Assembly (NCBI GenBank): GCA_030704615.1
Contig: CM060732.1
Span: 51,460,001 to 51,524,000 of the forward strand
Direction: 5' to 3'
Source: Takakia lepidozioides
Taxonomy: Eukaryota; Plantae; Bryophyta
Length of the DNA: 64,000 nt
In this document: positions 13,798-26,200 of the stretch, piece after piece
Layout: the number at the start of each line of letters is the position of its first letter
How positions within the stretch are numbered: position 1 is the first letter of the stretch
The notes under the pieces: model-generated
The model's database searches: none
What the model was told of the DNA's origin: nothing
What the model saw: only the letters and a program-made list of their open reading frames with translations
Position numbers and translations under genes: made by a program

Positions 13798-14233
13798 TTT
13801 GGCGATCATACTAGGGAACTGGGTCATGAACAACCAGATGTGACAGACATCTGGTGGGATCATGGTGGATGGAGAATTAAAGAATTTGATGTGAATCAAA
13901 TTCCCTGTGAAACTGAGAAGGAAAGATTGTCCAAACGATTCTTTCAGAGGTTCTTGGAATTGCCAGACGGTTGTAAAGAAAACATTCTTAAGAGAGTGCA
14001 TGATGCTGACCCTGAGTGGGGTCTGGAGAAAGGAGTGATAAAGATTTATCAGGTGGCCTATAGAGGAAGAGCACGTTGGTTACCAACACTGGTTTATGTG
14101 ATAGCATTGCTATCCATTAAGCGAGTAGAGTTTGAAGGCTGGGAGGAAAGCAAAGTGAATGTTTATACTCCTATGCATGAAGAGCTTGTACTGGTAAAGA
14201 ATTGGATTCCAAAGGATATTTTGTGGATCAAAC
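13690..14233 (+). CDS. ORF1 of copy E, open from an ATG in the LTR through the PBS; 3'-truncated by insertion
   Basis: ORF track 13690-14292; the last ~19 aa are read-through into the LTR of copy C. Confidence 0.6.
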
Positions 14234-15249
14234 TGTCGCGCGGCTTTTACTCACCCATCCCTTCGCTATTCGAGGCGGAAACTCCAAGATAGAAGAGTTG
14301 GAAATCTCTAAGTACTCAGCCCGCGCAGAACAATCAGTCATGACCTACAGCTAGTGTATCATGGGGGTGTTTCCTATTTGTTTCCCTTTTGGTATTCATG
14401 TTAGCTATCTTACCATTGATAATTAAGTATCAGTTTGCTTTATCAATCTATTGGATTCCATCAACTCATCCATTCATTTCACAGCTTCACTCAGATCTCT
14501 CTACACAGTGTGATTGTATCGTAAAGTATCCGATTATGATTTATCAGGTATCAGGCCGAAGCCATTGTGTCTCTAATCTGCTCTACAATATCATTACAGC
14601 CTTGCATATATCAAGCATCTACTCATCATCTCTCTATCTTCACTTCCGTTCCTCATCTCTACCCCGATCCCCTCTCCTCTATCACCAAGAAGTCCTCCTC
14701 CGAAATCCCCCTTCAATTCCCCGTTTCTCCCTTTATCTTCCTATCCGCGGTTCTAACCGTTTCCCTCACTAACCGTCGTCTGTGAACTAACATGTTCCCT
14801 TCGCAGGTGTTGTTCCCCACAGTCGTTCCCTGTCCTACTCTTCGTTCCCTATGATCGTGACAGCTGTGTCAAGCTGTGACTGGCTGTGTGAAACTGTGAC
14901 GGGCAGTGACTGGCTGTGCGACTGTGTTGGCTGTGTCGGGCTGTGACTGGCTGTGTGGCTGTGTCTGTGTCTGCTGTGACGACTGTGACGGGCGTGTTGG
15001 CTGTGTTGGCTGTGTGTGACTGTGACGGTGGGCTGTGTTGCTGTGTCGGCTGTGACGGTCTGTGACGACTGGGCTGTGTTGGCTGTGTCGGCTGTGACGA
15101 CGACTGTGACGACTGTGACGGGCTGTGTAACCCCCTCTACAGTGCGCTGCTGTCACCCCTAAGGCTCCTGTTGGTCTCAGTCTGTGCAAAAATTAAGGGT
15201 ACCCTACAGATCCCGTATAAGTGTCTAAGTCCCCGACAGTCCTCTAACA
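14234..15249 (-). repeat. 3' LTR of copy C
   Basis: TGTCGCG...CCTCTAACA followed by the reverse-complemented PPT TTACCCCTTCCCCCTC. Confidence 0.95.
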
Positions 15250-15287
15250 TTACCCCTTCCCCCCTCAAAAAGCCGTGTCCTCACGGT

Positions 15288-18200
15288 TTACTGATTTCGA
15301 CTAGCAAACCTTTGTGAGTGAGCACCTTCTTGACGTTGAGAGTTTCTTGGCGGACTGTGTGTACGAGCCCGAGGTCTGTCTCTGGTTGACGGAGATGGTT
15401 GATCACTACCTGGATAAGTGAGGCCTCTGGAGGCTGATATCGAGGTAATCTTTCCGGCATAGGAGATCCCCTTCGCTTCTTCTCTTCCATCTGAATTGCA
15501 TAGTCTTCTCCCATGTCAAAAGAATTCGGTGAAGAAACAGTTGTATCAGAATCCTCATCGCCTCTCAGGTGTTTTAATTTTCGAACTTTTTGTGAATCAT
15601 CTGGGGCATACAATGCTGTCCTACCATGTCTGGAAGTTTGTATTTTACAAACTGGTGTAACCGCTGAACAGCAAAATTGGTGTAGACACTGAGCTCTTGT
15701 CTGTCCAGGTGAGTGGGGTACCAATTACTGGTGCAGCGTGCAAGTACTTCCATGCCACATGTCCCTTATAGAAAATGTCATCAATGCCGAATTTCTGTGT
15801 TGACAAATGGTTCCAGGCCGCTTGAAACCATGAACGAATTTGAGAATCCTTTTGCATCATAACTTTTGGGTCATATAGGTACATATGAGGTGGCACCGAA
15901 GGTAATACCAATGATCTCCACTGGAATAACTCAGAAAGCGTGTTGCATCTTTTGTTGCTCAATGTGGTAACGTACCAGAAAACAAGCAGCGTAGTATAAC
16001 CCGCACCCCATGACAATACTTGCTATCTCCTTGGTCTTGGTATAAATGAGTCCATGTACAACCTGGAAAGCAATCAATTCCCTCAACATGGTACCTGCCT
16101 CGTGCCAGTATTGTGCAAAGTGATGATCTTCAATATGTCGATTGTTCGGAAGAACTTTAGTCCTAGTTGCCACTGGCAGCCAATACGCATGATTTGGTAG
16201 TAATGTGCGAATGACTGCGGAGGACTAAATTCTTTCCAAGCCAAATCCAACATGATGGGAATTTGGTTGAAGGGCATAATCATAGCCCTACTGTACTCCC
16301 TTGCAGCTGGAGTTTTAGGTGGGTTAAAAGCGGCATTGCCCCATACCTCCTCCGGCTGTGGTGGCTGTGGTGTGGTTGTAGTAACCAACAGTTCAGCTAC
16401 TGGTACAGTGACTTGTTGTGGTGGTGGTACTGGCTCTTGTATCATTGGCATCTCCTGCCCCCTCCTGTGAAGACTGAAAAGCCAAAGTTCTGGCTTGTAA
16501 ATAAGAAGCCATTAGCTGTTCCTGAGGGATATAGACTCTTTGGTCGATGTTTGAAGTGAGTCTCTTCCACTTGAGTCTGGAGTCCGTCTACATCCTCTTG
16601 TAACTCTGCTATCCTACTATAGACATTGTCTATAGTAGTTGTGGCAATGTTCTGCACCTGCAGCCTGAGCTCATTCATCTCGCTTTGGGTGAGCTTCCGT
16701 GGTGCTTTGCCCTCTACTGGCCCTTGTGCTAACCAGACCTGCATAAGGCTGTTATCCACCAAGTTGCTTGTGGTTCCCCTGAGAGTTTGCTCCTCTCTTA
16801 GCTTGTACAATTCCAACTGCTGTTGTAAAGCCTCCATGCGCTTCGCCTGAGGTTCAACCAATTGCGCATAAGCAGCAAGTAGATTATTGGCTTCCTTCCA
16901 AGCCTTGTTATTGACTGCGATTTCATTTTTATTGGCCATGATGGTTTGTTGCAACTCCACGATGTGCTTCTCTTGATCAGCTTCAATCTCCCTGTATTGC
17001 TTGAAAGTATCTTCATTGCGACAGATTGTATTCTTCATATCGACAATGAGCTTCATTTGCTCAACATTCTCTTCTTCTGCCTTCGTACATTTTTTCCGCT
17101 TGACTGTTTATTTCTTTTGTAGATTGGTCAAGCATAGTTGTAAATGTAGCACATTGTCGCCATCCTGTTATGCACTGTCTGCAACTCCGTATGTAGTGCA
17201 TTCAGTTCTTGCAACTTGCTTTCATGCTGCACCTGCATTTGTATAGCTGTTGCTTATGTGCTTCGTGCAACTGGTCTTGCGCGAGGCCTGCCTCAATCAA
17301 TTGTTGCTTGGCCAATTGCAAAGCCATTTCTGTATTTCCCAAGTCCTGCTTCATCTTGAGAGTGACCTCTTCATCGACCTTGTTTGCACACTCAGTGGCA
17401 AGTCGAGCCTCAAACTCCTTCCTGAGTTCCTCTTTCAAGGCTGTCAATTGGGTAATTGGAACATGGGATTTGACATAAGTCCCCAACAAATTAAGTGTCC
17501 TGCCTATGGAACTCATCAGCATTGCCTGTTGAGGTCATCATGGTGAGGTTGCTGCTGTTCCTCCTGATCTTCAACAGTGTGATGTCTCACTAACCATTCA
17601 GGCCATTGTCCCACCGGATTTTCTTCCTGAACTACTTCATCTATCACCGTGCTACAGTGTCATGACCTTCCGCCTGTGGTACCTCCGACACAGGTGTGTG
17701 TATTATATGCACCTCAGGATTTCCTTGGGCAACTGTTGCACCTCGGGATTTCTGTCTCCTTGACCAGACCAAAAATTCATAGAGAAGGTCCCCTTCTCTA
17801 TTTCTGCCACTATCTGTTCTGTAGTTGGAATATCTAACCCTTCACTTTCCAAATCAATTATTTCTGGTTGAGCTGCATGGGATAACTTGTGACCTTGTGA
17901 CAAGTCTTCAGTGGCTGTGATGTTGTGATGCAGAAGTAACCTTCCTCCTCCTCTCTGAAGGTCCTGCTTCCAGTAATAGCATTTCTCTGTGCTGCTGTGC
18001 CCCTTCCTGGCCATGAGCTTGGGAAACATTATCATGCGGAATCCGTGAAGCCAGTGGATCCGCCACTACAATCTTCCCCTCTCTGCTTCTTAGTCTCAGG
18101 TTGCCCTGCTAGTCCACCTCACTGTGTGAAGAGCCTTGCTCTTCCATTGCAGTTGTTTCTGGCTCAAACACTCCATTTCCTTTCTTTCTTGCGCATTAAG

Positions 18201-18821
18201 TATGCCAGAATCAAGGATTATTTGAGCAATGATTGGGCCAGACACTATTATAGGAGACTTTGCGGTAGTACCTTAATCTTTTCATCTCCTCTATCAGTGC
18301 GTTGTACATTATGTCCGCCCATTGTACCTCTCGTCCCTTCAGGCCTTTGAGTATTTCCTCCGTGAAGGATCTGCTCAAATACTGTTGGTTCTGTTTCATG
18401 GCAATCAGAACGTTCAATACCTGGCCTACCTCTTTTAACCCTGGGTACACAGCCTTGGTACAAGCATAACCCTGAGTTTTTAAAGAAACTCCCTTCTTGG
18501 AATAAGTCCTCTATTTGCAGTCTTGCCCTGTGTTGCTCCACATGCACCTGACCTGCTGGCAATCGAAAACAATTGCTGGAGGTATAGGGGAGTAATCATT
18601 AATTCAACTCCCTTCACCGTTGTTGTTCCTGTCCTTGGCTCAAAGTTCTGCAAAAATTGTAACATGTACTGTCTATGTGTAGTGTCCAATCTAGGCTTTG
18701 CAATCCTTGCAATCTCAGCTCCTCTAGTATCTGTATCGCCTGTGGGGTAGCAATCGTTTGTTTCTGCAGAATTGTGTGCTCTCTTCACCCTGATTTCCTC
18801 CATTCCTCTCACTCTCTTCAT
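15288..18821 (-). pseudogene. Extra 3' ORF of copy C (many 1-bp frameshifts)
   Basis: Near-identical to the reverse complement of 59011-62557. Confidence 0.8.
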
Positions 18822-19617
18822 TTTAGACTCACACAGAACTGTTTGGCTGTAACAACTGCAGGAATGCCTGTAGTGCACAAAGCATAACGTATGATTGTCG
18901 CAGAAAGCTATGGGTAATTTCTTGTAAGCCTGCGGGGCTTGCAAGCATCGCTCAAGAAAAAGCTCCGCTTGTCCTTTCGTGTCTATGCCACTGCGTAAGT
19001 AATATTGCGAGCGTATAGTCTGTTAGTTCCTCCATAGTTTCCAAGGTATAGCATTGATGGTCTGTCCTGTCGAGACGCCCGTTACTCTCAGAACGACGCC
19101 GCCTCTTGCGCTCAATTTCCCTCCATTTTCTTGATCCTTTCTCTGGTTTTCTATTGGCTGTATCCGTTGTGACTGGATTTTAGATTTTATCTTCTTTAGT
19201 GGACTTTCCCTGTTGGATAGTCCACTAGGATCACACATGTGACAAGAATTCCACTTTTCTGTACTTGCCGTTTCGTTCCGTTTCTCTTTTTCCGTACTCA
19301 TTAAATGGGCCCGCCTTTCATCCCTTTTGACGGCCGTTCTTGTCCTCTTTCTTTTTGACACCTGTTCTTGCCACTTCCTTCTCGGCTGTGTGTCGCGCCC
19401 CGACCTCCACATGTCCATTTTTAAAGTAATTTCCGTTTCCTCTTCCGTCAGCCATTTTCCTGAAGTTATTATGTGTCCACTTGTCACTGATTCTATGGAT
19501 CGTGTAACTTTAGTAGGCTGTGTTGAGCTGTGACAGGCTGTGTCATATTGTGTTACGCTGTGATAGGCTGTGATGCACTGTGGTAAGCTGTGATAGGCTG
19601 TGACACGCTGTGGTAGG

Positions 19618-19720
19618 GAGGTTTACTATTTCATGAGCAGAAACCATGAGCCATGAGCCATGAGCCGCATGAGCCGCATGAGCGGTGAGCCGAAGTCTAA
19701 GATACGCGGATTTCATGAGC
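19618..19720 (+). repeat. Left TIR (GAGGTTTACTATTTCATGAGC, 19618-19638) and subterminal CATGAGC repeats
   Basis: 17/21 match to the reverse complement of 42698-42718; about 7 CATGAGC copies. Confidence 0.88.
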
Positions 19721-20462
19721 GGACTCCTCCAAATTTGGAAATGCGGCAGATTAAACAAGTATTAAAATAATAGTTTTTTATTTGACCTTGCCGTTTTTGG
19801 ACGTTCCAGATCATGTAATGCGGCGAAGATATGTCGTCAGTAACAAGTCCGCTCATGGTTTTATAGATCCGCTCATGGAAATAAGTGACCGTGCAACGGG
19901 AAATCCAGTATACCACTGCAAAAGGACGTCGCATACTGGCCTGTATAGAGTATTCCGCGGTTTTACATGCCTTAACATTGGAATGAAGCTGACCCTTTTG
20001 CCGCGATTGAACCAATGGAGTCTGCACCAATACAGTCTGCAGTACTTCACAATTCTGTCTTCTTCGGGTATTCGGCGGGAAAGGTTTGCAACTGAACTGG
20101 GAAATAGGGTGCCGCATTAGGGTTCGCACGTGTGAAATTTCGGAGCGGGTTGGTGTTGGCGAAGGCCGCCTCTGGGGGTACCTACGACGATACTTGGAAA
20201 TTCGGCGCCGCATTTCCTTGTCGGAGGTCGAATGAGGAGAGCAAGTTTTCGGAAAGCAGAAAAACATGAACCCTCCAACATACAAAAATACATGCACGTG
20301 GAAACAAGTGAACGATATAGTAATATCTTAGTTCGATCAAAACAGGTTACTGGTAGGCAAGACATATGTCGGACCTTTGTGTGGCCAGAGTCTGAGGTAC
20401 TGGCAGCAGTACAGTTCTACTATCCGATGGGCGTACCATTGTATGTGGACCGCAAGCCAAGC

Positions 20463-23208
20463 TCACTGGTCCCCTGGATCCATATTCAGAAGAGTGTGAA
20501 CCTCCTGGGGGCTCAACCCTGGTGCATGTATGAAGTGATGAGTTGTGGAATTACAACGGAGTCTCTTTAGGTACACGTAGTACAAATGCTTGCAAGGGCA
20601 GTATGATGCCCCCTTGTTCGCCATGATCTGGAAGTCGGTGCAATTGCAGGTGGGTAATTCTGAAATGGTGATGGTGTACACCTCATTGCGAACAGCTGAG
20701 CCCGCCGTGGCCATCTGATACACACGCCCGAATCCTGGTGGGGGCACTTCTGTCGAGCTCTGGATTGTACAGTTCATCCGAAGTGCATTCCCCATCCTTG
20801 TCTCGTTCACTTTTGAGGGAGGTCGCCGCCTCTTCGGTTTCCCCCAACGGTGTGTAGGATGCTTAGAGCTGTCGTGTCCCATTGTTCTTGCTCTCACAGG
20901 GGTCGGTGGTGGAGGCTGTGGAAGCGGAAATGGTTGTCTGGGCACGTCAGTGCGCTGCACCATCCGAAATCCTGCGGCGGTAAGGGCGTCGGCCTCAACC
21001 TGACTCAGATCGCAGCCTGGTTCCACCGGCCACACCGGGGGAGCCTCTGGCATTGTCTGTATGCCGTACTTGGGCTTTCCATACACGCAAGTCATAATGT
21101 CGTGCCTGCAGAACCAGAACTGGGTGGTTGTCGCCTCCGCAAACTTTGCATGGACAAATCTTCCTGTAAAAGTAGGAGCAGGGACAGCCCCATCTGGATT
21201 CCTCCTTATCATCTCTAAACAACGTTGCCGTGTATCCACACGAATTGCGGAACACCTTCCTCGAAACGACGGCTTTGTGCGAGCAATTCTCCACTGTGAG
21301 GCAGACACAGTCGTCTCCACAATGGCTTGGCCATACTGCATAACAGCGGGCGGAATGTGGGGCAAGGGAGCGGTGGGAATTTGTTGCACGAAATCCCCGG
21401 TTGAAGGCGACGGCGATCTGGAATTTCTTGGGCTTCCACTGCTGGAAGACACATTGTGCGGCAACATGACGGGACCTCGAGGTGCTGTCCGAATGTTCCT
21501 GTCGGATCTCCAGGAATCCTCTTCGTACCCGGGTTCCTCTTCAATCCTCCGCCTGACAGGGCGAGTCCGGACGTCCCCCTCTAGGTGTTCACCTCTGCGG
21601 TGCAGAGGCGTCCCTTTGATCTTCTCTCGCAATGCTGTCGCCCATTTCACTGGATTCTTGGACCTCGAAGCTGTTCGTACCAACAATTCCTCCCTGTCCG
21701 GCCCAAAGCCCCATTGTTTGCCGCTCAGGAACTTGTAGTACGTGGCTTGCTGCATGATTGCTCTGTCGATGTCCTCCGTTGTGGCCGTCACTACGTCCAC
21801 CAGATGTGCGGCAGAAGACGCTCGCCAGGAGGAGTGGACCGATTCTGCCATATTCGTGTTCGGCATGTCCGTGTCGGAATCCAAGCACCGCTCCTAGAAG
21901 GACACAAACAACGGTGAGGGACCAATCGAAATGTCCGTAACAGAAAGACAAATGAACGAAAATGACAGCAGCCTACCTCCCGCATGTACTGTCCGAACTG
22001 TCGATACCGAAAATGCCACCACCCCAACCAGCTGTGCAATGCTCCCAGATTGGTTGTCTCCACTGCACCTGACGTGTTCCACCAAGCCTCGATGATAGCA
22101 AACTTAACCTCCGCGTCATCAAATGTGGGTGCATCCTTCCACGCCGTACAAAGGACACGGTGTTCAGCCTGGAATGAGCTAGCAACAAATTTGGTAGTGT
22201 AGTGGGATAGACTCTGCATCCAATGGAATCCACAGGATCTCTCTTTCCCCTCCATTGGAACATTGGGGTCCTCACCGTACACACGCCGCACCGCTGCCCA
22301 GTTGGCCTGAGCGTTGTCTGCCATGAATCCCCTGAAATTGGGCTCTGGCAATCCCGCCCTTGCCATCTGCTGGTTTATGCCCTCCCACAGATGCATCTCG
22401 GACTGTGTGTCCTCCCCTTTCATCTCGCAGATTGCAATCGTCATGAGCATCTTGGAGTGATAGTCATAAACATGCGCACCCATAGTCACCCACTGATGGT
22501 TTGTAATTCGCTTGATGTGATCAAACATCACCCAAGCATTCGACAAGTTTCCAGTTGTCATGCGAGTGACCAAGTCGACTCCACTCCCAGGCCCACACGT
22601 CGACATTTTGAAAATGTAACAACGATCGGATTCGCTGCCTTGCCCTGGAAACCTGCTACCTTGGATGTTGTAGTGTGAAAAGAAGGGGCGTGAATCCCCT
22701 TCTGGTTAATCCTAAATCTGTACTCCTCCTACTCGTCCCTGTTGAAGTATCAGGGCAAAGGAAAGGAGCGTTCTCTTTTCTGTCCAACCATCGTCATGAG
22801 GCTATATGGGTTTTTCCTTCAGGTTCGTTCGTGATCAGAGTTTGCGGAATCCTCATCCACGCCGCAGCGGAAGAGAAGACATGGATGGGAGTCTTTGGTT
22901 TGTTCTTGCCCTCGGTTCTACTTCTATGCAACAGCCTGGCCCTATGCTCACTGCGCCAACAGTGTTGGCGTGATCTTTTATGTGATGCAAGCAGCCCAAT
23001 GGCAGCGGTGAATACGACCCTTAATGTGAACCCCCTTGAGCAGTGACATGTCGGAAATCCCTTTTTGTAATGGTGACACAGATTTAGAGGGAGACAGCTC
23101 AGATCTTCATAAACTGCAGGGGCACTGGTTTTCCTTCAGGATTCATGCTTTCTTCATCTCAATCTCCCCAAGTTGGCCATCCCCCATCAACCCTTTTTGC
23201 TGAGCAGC

Positions 23209-23250
<42 letters not shown>

Positions 23251-26200
23251 CCTTTTCTCGTCTGTTTCTCTATCTCTGTCTATGTCTACAGGCTCCTTAC
23301 TTCTTCACATACAGCCCATCTATCACGTAATGCAAATGCACACTCCGCCAGGCATCCAGTGCAGCCAGCCATGAAGTCATCCTTGGTCTCACAAGGCAAA
23401 ACCATCCCTTTCATCAGTCTCTCTATCTCTCTCTCTCTCTCTTCTCTCCGTCAATACTCAACCCTTCACACTACCCCTTTCTTTTAAAAGATCCCATTTC
23501 CCAAAACAGCTCTCATCCCTTCTTCAGATTCAACCTGAATACCCAACATCTCTCCTTTCCTTTCAACAAAAGGGCTTAAGTCGTTCATATCCTGATACAA
23601 TGCTGAAATCACACCTTATCCCTTTTGTGTTTTCATACAGTTCCAGCTAACCCTCAGTTATCTGTCCAAGCAAACAAGCTATATCTACATTGGGTCCAGT
23701 GTATCACTACCCCCCCCGCAGCATTGTGTGCAGGTTTACAACACTGAAACAAGAACAAGAATGAAGACAACAGTGACCATTCTGTTTTCTGTGACAACAG
23801 TCTCTCTCTCTCTCTCTTCACTCATTTTTCTTACTGACACTACGACGGCAGGTGTATCCATTCCTTCCATGTTCTGGTTTGAAGTCCAGAGTCTCCATTC
23901 CATTTCCAAAAACCTTTCCTCTATCACATGTCTCCACCCTTTCCTTTCAACAACCAGGGCAGTCCTAAATCTACCAAAAGCGATTTCTAAGTCCACCCCA
24001 AAGAAGAAGCCCACAGTCTACCAACTTATCTGTTTTTATCCTCCAGTGAAGCGGTGGGTCAGCCTGCCGAGATGGCACCTCACCATCGCCTGTCAGCAGC
24101 CACCACAACCTTTTCTCCTTGTCTTGATTCCAGAGTTTATCATGCCATGATGTCTCCTCATCATCCTATGGAGCATCCTGTGGTTTGCCAACTAAATTGC
24201 TCTATTCTTCTATGCATGTAGCTCTTTAAGAACTGAAATGGACCTATAGCAAGAAGACAAAAAGGCAGCTAGAAGCCTGATTACAGATAACCTGTGTTGC
24301 CATCCAGCCAGCACTCCACATGCCTTATCACCTCCATTGATTGTGCTCAGATTCTCTTCCTTGTGCTTCTGGCAGGTGGCCGTTCTCCTTGCTTGCTCAT
24401 CTGCCCATAACTGTCATCTTCAAGACAGTGGCGGCAGCGGTGGTGCGCCGCTCTCCTTACATGCTCCTATCTCCATGAATTGATCATCACAACGAGAAAG
24501 ACGGCACCGCTTCCCTTTACACAGAATACCAAGCAGAGGCACTTAATGCTGCCCTCTAAACCAAGCGAAGTCCCACAGCGCAGGTACAACCTCTCAACAC
24601 AGACTGCCCTGTCAACACCACAGCTCGCGGCAGCTGCTACGAATCGCCCGTCACCTTCCTCTTCGTTCTTCCTTCCTCGCGGATTTTAGGTTGAGCATCA
24701 GTGACGAAAACGTTCATCGCATGGATGAAAAATGCATGGTCACAACTTAGCCATTTTTATTTTGGCAACGCATGAGTACAGTATGCCCACAAAATTACCT
24801 GTATGGAGGGATATATCCCTCTTGCAGTTGGTATGATGGCCCTCCCATTATAGTGATGCAGGGTCTTAACGGTGAAGCCAAAATGTAATGTCACTCCCCT
24901 GCATTCACACTACATATGTAGTGTGTCTCCCTTTTTAAGTGTCAGGGTCCTCACTGACCACCTTCACTGGCTGACCACCCACTGGTGGTATGAATGGTTT
25001 CAAATCTCGCCTACTTCTTACCCATTCCTTGTTTGCCCCATCTCTTAGCCTGCATTTGCGTGCAGCTTCCCTTCCAGGATCATAAGGTACTTCCAACAGG
25101 TACATTGTGTTAATTCCCCTTCTGTTTCTGCTCCAGATATCTTGGAGAGGTCCGTTCATAATATTGTTTTTGATTGTCATGCCTTGGCCTTCAGCAAAGG
25201 GAAACCCCTCTCTGCTCATAATCTTCATGGCCACTTCTGTCTGGCTGGTGCGAGCAGGGTTGTTCTCAAACTGACACCACCACCTGGTTTCCATGCAACT
25301 CATCATGCCAATTTCATGGCCTTCTTCCTTGGCCACAGTTTTCGTGCTCCATCCCTGAGCTTGCATCGTCGTCCAGCCTCTCTTGTTTAAGTGACAGTGT
25401 CCCGGCTGTCCATTTGTTCCGCCGGCCAGAGCAAATCCAATTTGTGACAATGCCTTCTTCCTCTTCTTGTAGTTCATGCCAGGCAGGTCCTGATCTCCTT
25501 CCCACACAAACCAGCGTTTCCCAATTTTGTTGTTGCTCCCTGGCTCCTTGTTTTGAATCTCAGCTACCACTTGTGCTCCCATCGACACTTGCACCTTTCG
25601 TACTGCCTCATTTCCTGCATGCAGGTTGTCCTCAACAGCAGGCTGCAATTTCATTTGCATTGTTGGTGGCAAGTCATGGGCAACCCTCTGGTTACCATGC
25701 CTTCCTTCTTCCCTTTCAACCAGCCTGCCCTCTTTAAGAGATTCAGGGCTGGTGTATGCTTGCAAGTAGAAGTGATCGTGACATGGGTAGGCTTCATAGC
25801 CTCCCACATCAACTGCCCATCCATCTCCTGAGCCTGAATTTCACAACCATGCTGGGCATATCCTGAAATCATTGCACTCCATGAGAGCAGATTGGGTGGC
25901 ATACCTTCCTGCTTCATTTGTTCAAACAGTTGCAGGGTCTGTGCTTCAGAGCCATGCTGGGCATAACCTGCAATCATTACTCTCCATGGCCCCACTTTTC
26001 TGTGAGACACATTGTCACACACAATGTTGTGCATTCATGCTCCCACGTTTGGCATACCTGTCAACAATGGCAGTCTCCATAATGATATCTGGTGCAATAC
26101 CAGATTTGATACTGTCATCATGGACCTCTTCGCCTTTTACCCGGTCTGCCAGGTTCGCACATGCATTCAACACACACAGGAACGTCACCTGTTTGGGCTT

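Larger units (their letters stand above)
12802..14233 (+). mobile_element. Ty3/gypsy copy E (B-type LTR): 5' LTR, PBS and most of ORF1, interrupted at 14233 by copy C
   Basis: LTR TGTTAGAGG...GCGCGACA, PBS at 13800-13817, ORF1 cut after ...GGATCAAAC. Confidence 0.93.

Noticed and set aside
22675-24689. ORFs inside the 2.2-kb LTRs and in the CACAGC repeats
   Set aside because: Low complexity, no recognisable motifs, and frames differ between LTR copies.
24806-24821. 16-bp palindrome GAGGGATATATCCCTC in the LTR
   Set aside because: One per LTR with no supporting context, and no ribozyme core recognised nearby.
24960-25160. Chromodomain remnant before the PPT (QDIWSRNRRGINTMYLLEV)
   Set aside because: The position fits a chromovirus origin, but the key aromatic residues are missing; too weak to call.
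25820-26200. Functional host PPR gene
   Set aside because: Only a few degenerate repeats, frameshifted, with no E/DYW domain, located between two LTRs.
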